From Vicugna vicugna (lineage: Eukaryota), in the NCBI GenBank assembly GCA_013265495.1, contig MU058451.1:186001-250000 (forward strand): a stretch of 64,000 bases of DNA. The letters are read 5' to 3'. The first letter of the stretch is position 1; every line of letters starts with the position of its first letter. A model generated the notes under the pieces. The model had not been told where the DNA came from and made no database searches. It worked only from the letters and a program-made list of their open reading frames with translations. Both the position numbers and the translations under genes were made by a program. This document shows positions 26,368 to 39,500 of the stretch, in pieces.

Positions 26368-26545
26368 CTATAGACTTTGGCAGCAGGTTTTTGACGAACT
26401 CAGTGTGGTCCCCAACGTGCAGGATGCTGTATACACTTTTGTTCATCAGCTCTTCCTGGTTATACCTTAGGTACTGTGTCACATTCTCTGAAACAAACAC
26501 AACGTTGCCTTCCAGGTTCACTACAAAGAAGAACCCATCAAGGGC
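26368..26545 (-). CDS. NCOA2: NCOA2 exon 6, PAS-A
   Basis: 178 nt, [62 protein letters not shown] and GTAAA boundaries. Confidence 0.96.
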
Positions 26546-27649
26546 CTAAGGGAAGAGGCACAAATTGGGTTAGAAAGGATGCAGCATAAAATCACACGCG
26601 ACTGTTAAGAAGCGAATGATCCCTTTAAAGGAAACATGTAATTCATATGTGGAGAGAAAAGCCATCTCTCTCCCGCTTCTCCCAGCATCCAGATACAATT
26701 AACACATTTCCTCTTGGTGAAATTATTCCATCTTAGTAAGTGGGAAAGAGCCTACATCAGGGCTTTTTGTCACAACTAATGACAAACATTCACTCTGTTA
26801 ATTTATCAGGGGATAATTATTGCCAAGTAAAAGTATGTAGGCCTCTCTCTGCAGTCGCCAAATGAGATTAATGTACTCCATAGGGCCAAGAACAACTTTT
26901 ATGCATCTGATCCAATACAGAGTAATTATTTTGTATAGTTCCTCATGTAATACAATGGGAGCAAGGTCACTGATAATTTTCCCTCAGTTTAAGGATAAAT
27001 GCCAAGAAAAAAATAATCAGAAAATTTTACTGCCTTTAAAGCTGCCAAGGTTTAAATGAAAAGAATCCAAGGTGGTCTCAGACCTTGTAAGAAACAATAA
27101 TCCTCTAGTGTTTGGTGTAAATGGGGAAGGGGTCTGGGAAGTGCATCTCTCATGTGACAAACTAGTACTCTTCCTGGGGACCTCATGTTGAGATACGGCC
27201 AGCACTGTCTAGGGACTAGAGTGGGACCTGAGGTTTAGCTTTTTAACAGTGAGAACTAGAAAGTTAACTAACTGTGCCCGTCCGTATTCCTTGTTCTGTG
27301 GGTTGTTAAGATGCAGGTTCCTAAATCACCTAGACAGTGTAGCATTTTTCCTGTGATAGGTGCATCACCTCACTTTGCTGTCATTCCAAAGTATATTACG
27401 AAACATGAAAGATCTAGGATCATTTCAGGAAATAAAGAGAAGAATAATGGATATTGACACGTTTACTGAGTTTCAAACACACAGTGTCATTTTAATATTT
27501 ATAACTCTGAAAGAAATGGTTTACATTTTCTTCCCTTTTCTTTCTTTCTTTCTTTTTCCTTCCTTCCTTCCTCCCTCCCTCCCTCCCTGTCTCTCCCCCA
27601 CCTCCATCCCTCTCGCTTTCTTTCTTTTTTATAGGAATGGTTTATCTTT

Positions 27650-27795
27650 TCTTATTCATAGAAGATGGAAAAATTGAGACTCAGAGAGGTTAACTGATTT
27701 GCCCAAGCTCTTGCAACTAACCAGTCAGTGGTAGAGGTGGGACGCAAATCCAGGTGGACCTGACTCCAAAGCCCGTGCTGTCAATTTCTGTGCAG
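27650..27795 (-). mobile_element. MIR SINE fragment
   Basis: GAGACTCAGAGAGGTTAACTGATTTGCCCAAG...TGACTCCAAAGCCCGTGCT. Confidence 0.7.
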
Positions 27796-30525
27796 CCCAG
27801 TGCTCTCCTCCAGTTGCTTCCCCAGCCCCTCTTCCTAGCATGGTCACCTTGGCTGGGAGCTCAGGGAGTTTCTCTTAGTTCTCCTTTCCCTTTCTGACGT
27901 GGACTTGTCAGTACTGTTTTGTGGGTCAGGTGAGTGATCAGGACTAGAAGAGTTTGGACATGGATCAGGCATACCGTGGGCCAGGGCCACGTGGTCCACC
28001 CAGGTGATGTCACAGGTTCTTCATGCTTTGTATTTACTACTACTGTGGACACAAATGCTATGTGTACACACTGAATGATGAGTATGAATGGGGCATAACG
28101 TGTTTATTTTTCCTCTAGTTTGTTTTTTCCTTAAGTTATTATTTAACAGGTTCCTATTTTGGGAGCTTTGAGTATATTCCATCTTTAATTCTATTTTCAT
28201 CACAAAAGTGTTCTCTCAAATTAGAACTGACCATAAGGCACCAAAAGAAAGCTCTTAAAATACACACACACACACACATATCTTACCACTTGGTTTTAAG
28301 TTTTTCTTAAATGTTCAGCCAGGTTTTCCAAATGGTATAAACAATAAAAGGGGTAAACTAACACTATACGTAAATATCCTTCCAAAAAGGTTGGCATTGA
28401 CTGTTGGAAACCTTGTATAAAGGTGTGCCTGAAGGGGTGTGGTCTGTGAGGGTGGGGACAGGAAGTCAGTCAGTTGATTAGCTATGGACCAAGTGTCCTT
28501 TTAAACTCACTGCTTTAAATACACTTTCAACAGTGATTTTCATAATTGTATTACCTATTGTTCACTTTTGAAAGTACATGTAGCTTCCTACTGCCTTGTA
28601 CCATGTACAAAGCCTGACTGTGGCAAAATACAACTGAAAAATGGAATTGTTTCATCTTATAAAACTCTTTGTTTTTTTAAAGCTCACTATGATATGCTGA
28701 TGAAAAAAGCTGACATTTGGTTTGGTTGCCTAGCAACCACTATGCTATGATGTAAGCATGAGTGTGCATCTATGCCGAGAACAGCTCAACCAGAACGAGG
28801 TTTCTCTGTCTAAATTATTACATGTAAACAGGGATAAAGATTTAAATTCATATCTTCAGTCTCCAGATTCAAAACTTTATCTCTCACATATTTAGCACTA
28901 AAGTCCTGCTACACAGGTATTTGCTCAATGTTCTGAATTCTCAGAAGACTATTTTGAAACAGTAAAAATGCTGATTTGATGTTATGAGACAAGGTCCGCT
29001 GATATCTAGCAATCTGATTTCTGCAATTAGTGAACTTGCTCTCAAAAAGCTTAAGTCATAGCCCTGTGGTTACTCCAAGCATTTCTTTCTAGGAGCCTCA
29101 AAAATCGTCCCAAGAGTTTTCACCCTACTTTAGTTTCCCCTGATGTAAGGAATAAACAGAGGTATGTGGAAATTTCTTTGTTTTAATAAATGAGATTACC
29201 ATCACTTTCAAACTAATTTTGATTATAATTCAAAAAAAATTTTACAGGTTCCTTCATCTCTCAATAGTCCATCTAGTTAAGAGTTTTCTTATCTGCTTCT
29301 GAGAACCAGCCAGAGAGAACTAACACTCTCTGGCCGTCCACTGCCTTGTGGACTCTGGGAATTCAAGTTAAGTGTGTTTTCGCTTTTTCCCTGAAAATTA
29401 TAGTTGGATGTTTTCAAGCTAGTGATTCTAGAGGGTCAGCAGGGTCAGCCTCAAGGAATGAATTTTGTCATTTCTAAATATAAAGACTGGGTCAGACAAT
29501 CTTTAAATTTTTTTCTGTGCCCCCCACACCCCTCCAATGATACGGCAGATTTTCACAGAATTACATTTTCTAAAAATAAAAATCATCTTATGCAGCAGCT
29601 GATAAAAAGGGGGCAATTACTGGTTATCTCTGCTTTAAAAATCCCAGTTCCTCCTCCACGTGTGGCTGCTGCAAGTCAAGCGCCGCTGCAGTGGTGGTGC
29701 TGCAGAGCCTCTGGCCAGGCAGCGATTCGCAATCTCATCATGTCATCAGCAGAGTAAATTATCCTGAGGACCGACATAATTTACGTCTCAGGGCTCCTCT
29801 TCTTGTTAAATATTCACTGACATTTTTTCCCTCATCTTACCACAGCCTACATCTTGAATTTTAATTTTGGAATAGGTACGGCAAAGGACTTGGTGTTTAA
29901 TACAGTACTGGTTAACAAAATAAGAAAGTGGGACTTCACAAATTCCAGACAGTAGTCTGGTCATAAAACTTCCGAAAGGTAATAAAGAATGGGCAGTTAA
30001 GTCCAACCATTACACTGGAGGTGCTTATCTTGAAAGTTCTGCCTGTTACTTCAATTTTCATCTTAATGAAATAAATAACCTAGTTTGAAGTAGCATAAAT
30101 AAAAAGTGTAAATCTCCTTTGGTCTTCCAATTTTAACCTGTATATATAGGCTCATGTACATGCATATACAAAAATCTAAGAATTCTAGGAATATTTCAAA
30201 CCATAATATATTATACCACAGAATTTAATAGGACTTGGGAACATGGTTTTCTAAAAGGAATGCTTACCTGGCAGTTAAAGCCTTTCAAATTTATATTCTA
30301 GTTAACTTAATTCTACAATTTTAATCTGAAATGTATATAAGCAGGAATCAGGAGCTAAAAGATGGATACATATTAGGAAGCTCAAGAGGTTAGCAGTACT
30401 TTAACGTTAACAGTGAAAACCGAGTGTGGATTATCCTTAAATTATATTCACCTGAAAATTAAATGTAATACTGTGAAAGTCAACAACAGTGTAAAAAGTA
30501 CAGAACCAAAACGGGGATGCACTAC

Positions 30526-30629
30526 CTCAAGCATCATAGGGCCCAGCGCGTCCTTGTCGATGACGCCCTGCCCAGTGGACGACACGTCTGATTTCTGCAC
30601 CTCGTCTATGTTGGCGGCTGCTGCTTTCT
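30526..30629 (-). CDS. NCOA2: NCOA2 exon 5 (bHLH-PAS linker)
   Basis: 104 nt, [38 protein letters not shown] acceptor, GTAGT donor. Confidence 0.96.
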
Positions 30630-32096
30630 CTGCAACAAACATGAGTGTAAATTAAATGGCAGTGCTAGTTCCAGGACAGAGTGACACAGAAATATTTTTA
30701 TCGTAATGATTTTAAAAATCTCTAGTGGGATCAGATATGGCTCTAAGGGTTGGAGAACATCCCCGGCGCCACTGAACGGAGAAAGTGCTGGCAGCAAGAG
30801 CCAGAACGTTCACTTGCCACCTCTAGAACATGCAGCTCGGTGCCCCTTTCAGGCTGCTGAGAAAATGAGTTCAGTGGTTTCACGCCAGTCCCTGACAAGT
30901 ATTTTTCCTAGACGGCAAAACTGCTCCACAGCTCGGCACAATGAATCTGCTGCAGAGGTTCCCCAAGCTGGGAAGACGAAAGGCCTGCTATTCAGGCTTC
31001 GGTGCTGTAAGCAGAGAGGCACTGGCGCAGGTCTGAGGAAGGATAAACACGAGTCCCGACCGCTGGGGCCGCTCTGGAGCCGCTGCCCTGGCTCCCAGAC
31101 GGCCCGGCCTCTTGTCACTTGCACGTCTAACGCAACCAGAATGATGAGGTCCCTGTCTGACTGCAGGTGCTTAACGATTTAAGGCAGGGAGAAGTGGCAC
31201 CCTATTGAGCACCGTGAGAACTCCAACGGTGGCCCTTTCGTCTAGTGCAGACGTGCGTGATCTGCGCCCCTGGACTGAAATGTGTGAGGCAACTTCCAGG
31301 CTCACCCCGAGGCCCTGGAAGACATTCCATCGTAGAAAAATCTCATGGAAGAAACAGATGCCAAGTCATCAAAATTTATGTAAACTGGTTATATCAAGAA
31401 CACCACAAAAAGTTCAAAGCATGACAGATACACCCCAACAACTTGCTAGAAAACAATACAAAAACAATGTGCCAATTACTTGTACTGGAATAAATTACAC
31501 CCTTGTTTACACTGCATGTTATCGTTGTAATTAAATGCAAATACAGGAAACTGTGTATCAATTTAGTACTGGAATCAACTTGCTTTCATGACCTTAGTGA
31601 ATCCTGCTTTTATTGGGGGGGAGAGTAAGATTTTATACAATACTTAAAAAACTTGTAAAGCTTAATTTGTACTGGAGAACCTAGGCAATAGTTAGGAATT
31701 ATGCTGGTCTGCTCCACGACAGAGAGCTTCAGAGGAAAAGGGAAAAGGACCTGTGTAGTTCAAGTAGGACTCGGGACGTATGTGGCAGAGCACATCACGT
31801 CAACTTTTTAAGGCCTTAGTACCTGCCCTCCTGCATCACGAAGCATAACAGGAGTCAGGGAGATGATATGTACAACACACTTTAAAAACTACACCATAGT
31901 TTACAAATGTGTAACTCACTGCTAGCATTTCTGTCTTTGTTAGCTGTTCCTTACTGAGTTCGAAAAACAGCTTATAAGCAGAGAGTATCTGTTTTCTCAA
32001 TTACATTATTGTTTTTTGTGGTATCTGTATTATTGCCTCATTTTAGGGCAAAATAAATACAAAATAACAATGTTTGGGGCAATCCATTTCTGAGTC

Positions 32097-32260
32097 CTTT
32101 TTTAGAAAAACTGAAGTATAGTTGATTTATAATATATCAGTTTCAGGTGTACAACATAGTGTTTCCATGTTTTTATAGATTGTACTCCACTGAAAGTTAT
32201 TATAAAATATTGGTCATATTCCTTGAGTTGTACATTGTATCCTTATGTCTTATTATATTT
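32097..32260 (-). mobile_element. L1 3'-end fragment
   Basis: TGAAGTATAGTTGATTTATAATAT...TTTCAGGTGTACAACATAGTG. Confidence 0.6.
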
Positions 32261-35200
32261 TTATTTTCCAAGTCTTTTAAAAACAATTAATATACATATT
32301 GAAATATGAAGATCTGACCATCATTCTGAAGACCCAAAAGCTTCTAAATTCACTCATATTTTGTGGAATTAAAAAAATTCAAACTTGGAAAACTCATTCA
32401 TGCAGGTTGAAAAACACTGATAAATTTTCAGGTTGGGGTATTCTAAATATTCTGGCAACATGCTCACTGTATTTTCGACTTTCATCAGAAAATACGTAGA
32501 AAGAGATTGTATCTGTACAGCAGTTCCTTTCATTTTTAGGAATCTACAGATCAGATATAATTTAGGGTGAGGGCCTAAAATTTAATGGAAGAGATCACTT
32601 GGAGTGGATAAAACGAGTTTGGGCTCTACTGGAAAGCCTGGATAAAAATAATTTTCGTCCTGGAAAATTAATCGCAATAATGAAACACTTTATTTTTTTC
32701 TCTTTATATAACATTCAACTGGTAAGCCTTTAAAAGAAGAAAAGTGGCAGCTAACAAGAAGTCACGGGATGAGGGGCTAGAATGAGGAAATCGACCAGTA
32801 ACAGCATCCAAGCGTCTCGGCGCATTGCTATGGTCTCCCTCATGCTTCCAGGGCAGGTGGAGTGACGATCTTCATCCCCTGAGAGATGACGCCTACCCGG
32901 GGGTGGGGCACGACACTTACAGGTGAGCCAAGTGAGAACAGCTTAGGGCTGAACTGCAGGGAACTGACTTTACGTTCAAAGAAGAGATAAAAATGGCTGG
33001 ATGTAGCTGAAAATAGTTCAGGTCCACTGCAGCTGCGCTGGACCCTGCAGGACCACAAGCAGATGGCAAAAGCAGCGGGTGTGTGGCGTCTGCCTCCAAG
33101 GACATCTCACCCTGGCCTATGATGAAACCAGTGTTAAGGAACAATGGCAAAAAGTTTGTCTAAGCTAGAATTCTAGGGATCCCTAATTAAAAATGAAAAC
33201 AACAAAAAGTTTCCCAAGGTCAATCTGAAATCGTATTAGTGGAACACGTGCTGGGAAAGAAAATTCCAGATGAAGCCATTGGTTATTTACAGGAGAACTT
33301 TTAAAATGTTCAATATTTACACAATACTATTCACACATGTATTACGAGAATGGGAAATTTTCACTACTCACAGGGTAAATGAATAAGAGACAAAGGGCTG
33401 AACTGAGGGCCGCCCACTCCTGTCCTCACTGAATGTTTGGATATATGCATCTTCCCGCTAATCTGCCATCTGTTAATCAATTCTGTATTAGATGTGTGCT
33501 TTGACTATTTCTCAATATTAAAAAGTCTATAATATGAAGTGATAGAAAATATCCAGAAACATGGCTTTGCCAATGTAACTGGAATCTAAATGAAACTGGC
33601 CATGAATTTATGTTATTTGTGTACTTTTCATGAAGTAACCACTACCTCTGTACCATGTTCATTCGGGCTTTGAAATTAAATAGGAGGGAAAAAAAGGACT
33701 CCTTTGGGACATACTGTTAAGTTAACTGAACATATACCGGTATCCTGATGGAGCATTTTAGTAGTAAGAACGCTATTTTTATGTCCCAGATATAAATAAG
33801 CTTAAATCCTTAGATATATTTATACTTCTGTAAGACCAGCATTACCATACTAAAACACACTATTTAATATTTTTAAATTAGGCAGTTTTCTCAGCGGTCA
33901 CAAATTATATTTACTTTTCTATATTTTGCATCCATTAACCATAAAAATATATTCTGTTACAAAAATATCCTTCAGTAAACTCAACAGTAGAAAGATCATC
34001 CTTGAGTTTCAAACGATCAAAACCGTATGCAATCTCTTTATTACAGATGGAACTCTTAAATCGAACAAAAAAAGAAGATAAAATTTAATTTTCAGAGCCT
34101 CCAAGATTTCTCCTCCATGCCCCAACTTCCATTTCTTCCTGCTGCACTTCAACTATTAAAGTGATTCTTTTTAGATAGACTAAGACCTAAGAGAATAACA
34201 ATGAAAATAATTCTATCCTTTTCTTCCTCACTCCCCAAAGGACAAAAATACCATAAAATAGCTGTGACCTTTTTAATAGCACAGCTTCACAAATGCAAAG
34301 CTCTGATTCGGACACTGTCGAAGGATGCCTCTGTCCTCTCCCTCCTCGTGCCCCTTCCCTCCCGGGTGGCTGCTCCCGGAGCAGTCCATCCGGTTCCCTC
34401 CTCCGTTTGCCTGTACTCTAGAAATCCAATACCAATTAATTAGATTTCCAGTTTCAAGGCGAAGAACAAAACCCCATCTCTTCAGGGACTGCGTTAAGAT
34501 GAGTCACAACACAAACCGGGGAGAGTCGTTAATATAATATTCCATACACTTTTCTTGGTAAGTAAATTATTCTTTGCATTTTCCTCTCAGAACAAAAGGA
34601 AAGGTGAACAGGGAAGCGTGTGAGCTGTAGATATTTAAGTGATTTAAAAATACGAAGGAAAAGTAAAATTTAAGTTTCCTGGTGAGAACAGAAGCAAATC
34701 AGGAACCGCAATTCTTGCAAAAATTGATTTATTCTTTAAAACAGTATTCTTAGCTATTTTTAAAGTATAAAGTGATTTTTTAAAAGAAATTTATGTTATT
34801 AAAAAACAGCATTTATTGATTTTTGGTAACTGAGTGAATCTTATAATATTAGAAGGTCTTATCTATTTGTTCATTGGGCAACTGAACTAACAAACATGAC
34901 CTCAAAGGGCCTTCCCACAGAATGCGGACAGAGTCGTACCTCCTCACAGGGCTGCAGTCACAGCGCAGGGGACAGCCACATCCTTGTGCCAATGCCAACA
35001 GCAGCAGAGGCAACCACCAATGACTTAGAAACCAAAATGCTGTTTAACGTCTGCCCATTAGAGGGCCAGTGTGATGCGGCCATTATTAGAGAAGTTTATA
35101 CTCTTTCTTTTCTCCTTTTTTAAAACCCTCTGAAGACGCCATGGAAAACTTGTGGAAATTAGTTTATCTTAAAAAAGAATTAAACAAGTATCAGTTATTC

Positions 35201-36423
35201 ACTCTGTAAGAATACGTCAGTGGGAAGATAATCCATAGGGTATTTACATCCACATACAAAAAAATGTTAACACTGCCCACAGTTAGATCTCCCTGGCACA
35301 GAACAAGTAAGAGGTTCAAGTTGCTTTCATGATTGTCAAGCATGAGGATGGTTGCTTTTACTAAAGTAGTATTATTTAAAGTATTAGCATCTTTGACTAA
35401 AATGGAACCTCATACTTCATGCAGGTTTTATAATTAATTCCACTGCTCCAAAATGAGTAAAATCACTCACCCAGATACCTATCAATTTTTCAGGAGACTG
35501 ACATCAAACACAAGTCTAATCACCTCCACAACAAATTTTTAAGACTCTAGTGGGAATACATCCACAATTTCCATCTTTTCCTGCATTTAGGAGCTGGATG
35601 ATTTCAGGTGAAGTGCCCGTCAAACCTAGCAGCCCTGGGACCCACGCAGAGCAAAGAAGTCATTGAAACAGTGACAGGCGGTTTCTGGCCAAGCACTATA
35701 GATAAAATATTACAGGAGAAGTTATGTGGCATCTCAAAGGTTCTAGAAGGTAAAACCAGAGAATTATGCATCTGCACCCAACTAAAATTAGAAAAGCTGC
35801 CATCTGGCTCTGTGAAGCCAGCAGCACATTCTTATTCATTAGGAAGCATTCTGCTAACATAAAAACACAAGGCCCTTCCTGTGCTCTCCCAAATGTGTTT
35901 ATCTTCTCCACATTAATGCACTATATATCATCAGGCTGCTGAAATCTCCTGCCGTGCATATTAAAAACGCGCAGCTGCACTTTCTTTAGTACTGGGAGGA
36001 ACCTCAGCTCCCAGTCGCCTGCCTCTGACATTGAGCTTAGCGAACGAACACACATCATGGTTCCCTTCAGCACCAAGAGACGGCAAAATGAACCCATCTC
36101 AAGGCCACTCCATCCAGCAAAGCCCCCTCGCTCTCTGCGGCAGAGACAGCAATGTGCTTAGTTTCGTTCTCATGAGTGGTGAGGCATGACTACCTACATG
36201 GGCCCCACAAGTTTGAAATATGTAGGCTCTACTTTTAAAATGAATGGACTACACTTATCAAGAGAGAAAACAGAAACCAGAAAAGATTCTGGGCATAACT
36301 GGCTAGAAAGTGCTTTTGTTTGTAAGAACTATCACTGAATCTGCTATCACCACTGGACCATTTTATGTGGTGCCCCACTTCACATGTGAACTATCAATAC
36401 TGAATGTATCGATAGGTAAAACT

Positions 36424-36527
36424 GACAGTGGATAATCTTGCATAGTAAGCCATGAAAGTATGTAACAATTTGTAACGGACAGTGGATAATCTTGCATAGT
36501 AAGCCATGAAAGTATGTAACAATTTGT
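36424..36527. repeat. 50-bp perfect direct repeat with 4-bp spacer (period 54)
   Basis: GACAGTGGATAATCTTGCATAGTAAGCCATGAAAGTATGTAACAATTTGT at 36424 and 36478. Confidence 0.95.
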
Positions 36528-39500
36528 CCAAAATTTTCTTTTACCTAATCTAAATATGTTTACAGTGCAGGAGCTTAGACTTAAAGATAGGTCACAGGAG
36601 AAAAAAAAAAAAAAGGCAGATGCACAGTAAACCACATCGTCAGTGGCTTCAGGAATTCTGCAAGTGAGTCAAGCGAGAGGCAACGAGCACATGTCCTTAC
36701 AGCCACAGGTCAGCGTCCATTCCCTCTCCAGCGTGAGCATGGTGGGTCTCTGCCTGAATCTTCTCCAGCAATGGAGTATTAAGAGATGAAGTCAAAATAA
36801 AACATGAAAACTGCTTATTTAGAGTTAATTCTATTTCACTGGGTGCTGCTCGCTAAGGCGTTAGGAGTTATGTGGCATCATGATTTGTTTATTAGAGGCT
36901 GAAAGGTGAGACTGAGACTACATGAGACTACATGAGGGTAGAAAAAAATCAACAGGTGTGAAAGAAATAAGACGTGAGGTAAAGTTCAAATGCAGTGCTG
37001 AGAACATTTGAGGGCAGCCTCTCAAAGACCAAACTATGAAAATGCTCTATTTCTTTCAATTATATATGTTAAATCAAACAATGCCAGCAAAATTACACTA
37101 CAGGAGTATGTAATATTTTAATAAATAGGTTAATATATGGAAATTATAGGAAAAGTTGTTTCTAAAAATCCTTTAAAACACTTTGGTCTAAGTAGTATAA
37201 ACATTTTAACCTGCAAATCATTCTGTTTCTTAGCACAGGAAAACTCACCTCCCAACAGTCCTACCCGACACTCCAGCAATATTTTGTGTCTAGCTTCCCA
37301 AGTGCACCATCCTGGTTGAAGATTTCAAGTCTTTTCTCAGACTGTTCCATTTGCACAGATGCCCTTCCACCTGTTCTCTTTAAAGACCCATCACTGTGAA
37401 GCCCTTCCCTCTGCTCCTGCAAAACCCTGTGCCTAACTCCCCTCGAACAGTTCTCTCCCCCTCTTACTGTGAGATGATGATTTACACTCACATCTGTCCC
37501 TTGGCTACAGGAGACGTCTTTTTACTCACTGGCTGGCACACAGTCGGGGCTCAATAATGTTTGTGTTCATACTGAAGAGTTTTACAGCTGCAGCTGAAAT
37601 TCAGGATATATAGAATCTAAAAATCACAAATGCCTGTTTAGAAGGATCTGTTCTGAAGGGTTTTACTGCATACTTAACATAATGGAGGGCCATTCTAAGA
37701 CTCTGACTTTTGTAGTCAAAGTATGAAGTAGACAAGGAATGAGAAAGGTACGTGCTCAGGGCATCGGGAAAATTCCCACACTGGTCAGGCCAGTGGGGAC
37801 AGCATTTGGTGGGGAGAAAAGTCACTGATGCTCCTTCCACTAGTGAGAGATGACGAAAAACAAAAACAGACCCACTCTACTCACCCAGATTACCACCTAG
37901 GAAGTCACAGCCTGTTCCATTAGAAAAGGTAGTTTGGGCATGGAGGGAGTTTTGTTTTTTGTTTTTAATCAGACTCTGGGATTTTCCCAGCCACTCATAG
38001 TTCTTAAGAAAATAAACCAACCCAGGTAGATTTCTACAAATCACTCATTTACCTGGGGACCCAGAAAGAAGAGTGCTTCATCAGGTCTCTTGTTCTTCTC
38101 AGAGTGGGCCTCCAAGAGGAGGGTCGCTGCCTGAACTGGGAGAGCCATCTAGAAAGTGAGGGTGGGCCGGAGGAGGGGCTGGAATCCTCACAGGGGCGGG
38201 CAAGGTTCCTGCCCTGTTCAACTTTGGACACCCAGTGACTAGCATGAAGCTTACACCACAGAGATGTCCAATAAAAGCACAGGGAAGAGCGGGGCAGGGA
38301 CGAAGGAAACAGAGGAGGGCTGGTCCCCCTACTTCCCATCATCCCTTCTTGCTACTTTGCCAGGGGGCCTCACTGCCTTCAGGGCTGACGGGGGGCTTCA
38401 GCTCAAGCTTCCACTTCACCTGAGTGGTGCATGTTCAGAGAGATGTCCCTCAGAAGACTGAAAACCAGGCTAGGACCTGACCTTCCTCTGTCCCCTGGGG
38501 CCATTCTTCCATGCCCAGGAGTCCCCTGTGCTCCCCTCTCACTGACAAGCCTCTTGCTTTCTGATCCACATTCTGTTCTGCGTGTTAGACCTGCTGCCTT
38601 TTTCTCCCCTCATGTTCTTGCCCATCTGGGTATCTTTTCCTTCCAGTTTTTCTCTACAGATGCAGGGCCTAATGCCTGCGTCTCGTGAAGAGATTGGTAC
38701 AGCCACTTGCACAGACATGCCTCTCCTTCCCCGCTGTGATTCCAACAATCCCACAGGGAGGCTACAACCTCCAGTTTCGCTTTGCCTACCGCCTCGAGTG
38801 CCAGTCTGCTCGCTTGGGCCTTTGCTGAGCCATTATGGGAGGACCTCACAAGCAGGCTTTTTAAAAAGCAGGTGTTCCTGATCTAAATCACCTAATGCAA
38901 GAAGCTGATAATAGAACATAGAATCATCCAATTTAGAGACCTGAAACATTACATTACGTTAAATCGTATCATCCAAGGACCGAGAGCATAGCATTGATAA
39001 CTTTGTGTAAGTACATGTAGCACCATGGCTCTGGCTGACCGCGGAGGGCAGGCCGAGACGAGGGCATACTAGCAAGGAGTCAAGGCAATCAGAATTCTCC
39101 AGAACAAAGGAAGTGACTGTAGGGTGAGTGGGGCATCCCAGGTGAGAGCGCTCTGTGCGCAGGGACCAGAGAGGGCCAGGGCCGGCCGGACCTACTCCCG
39201 GGGTCACGGGGCACGCGGGCTGTCGCCAGAGGCAGGCTCCAGAAAAATCTTACCACTAGCAACCACCAAAATCTCCTACGGGTGAGTGAAAAATCTTTAA
39301 AAAATGAGGTTCTGTCTGGAGCAACTCGGCAGGTTAGTTCTAAGACATAAACAAAAACTGAGGGACTCCTGTGTGGAAGCACAGCGACTGCTAAGACGGG
39401 GTCCAGTCAAGCCCACTTCCGGCAGGCTGCACACTACCTACGGGCAACGTCGGACACGTGCGGGGCCCCTGAAGCCCCCTTTCCTGGTTGTCTTCCTTAG

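Noticed and set aside
30706..31182. 158-aa plus-strand ORF
   Set aside because: Falls in a GC-rich intronic patch where stops are rare; no recognisable domain.
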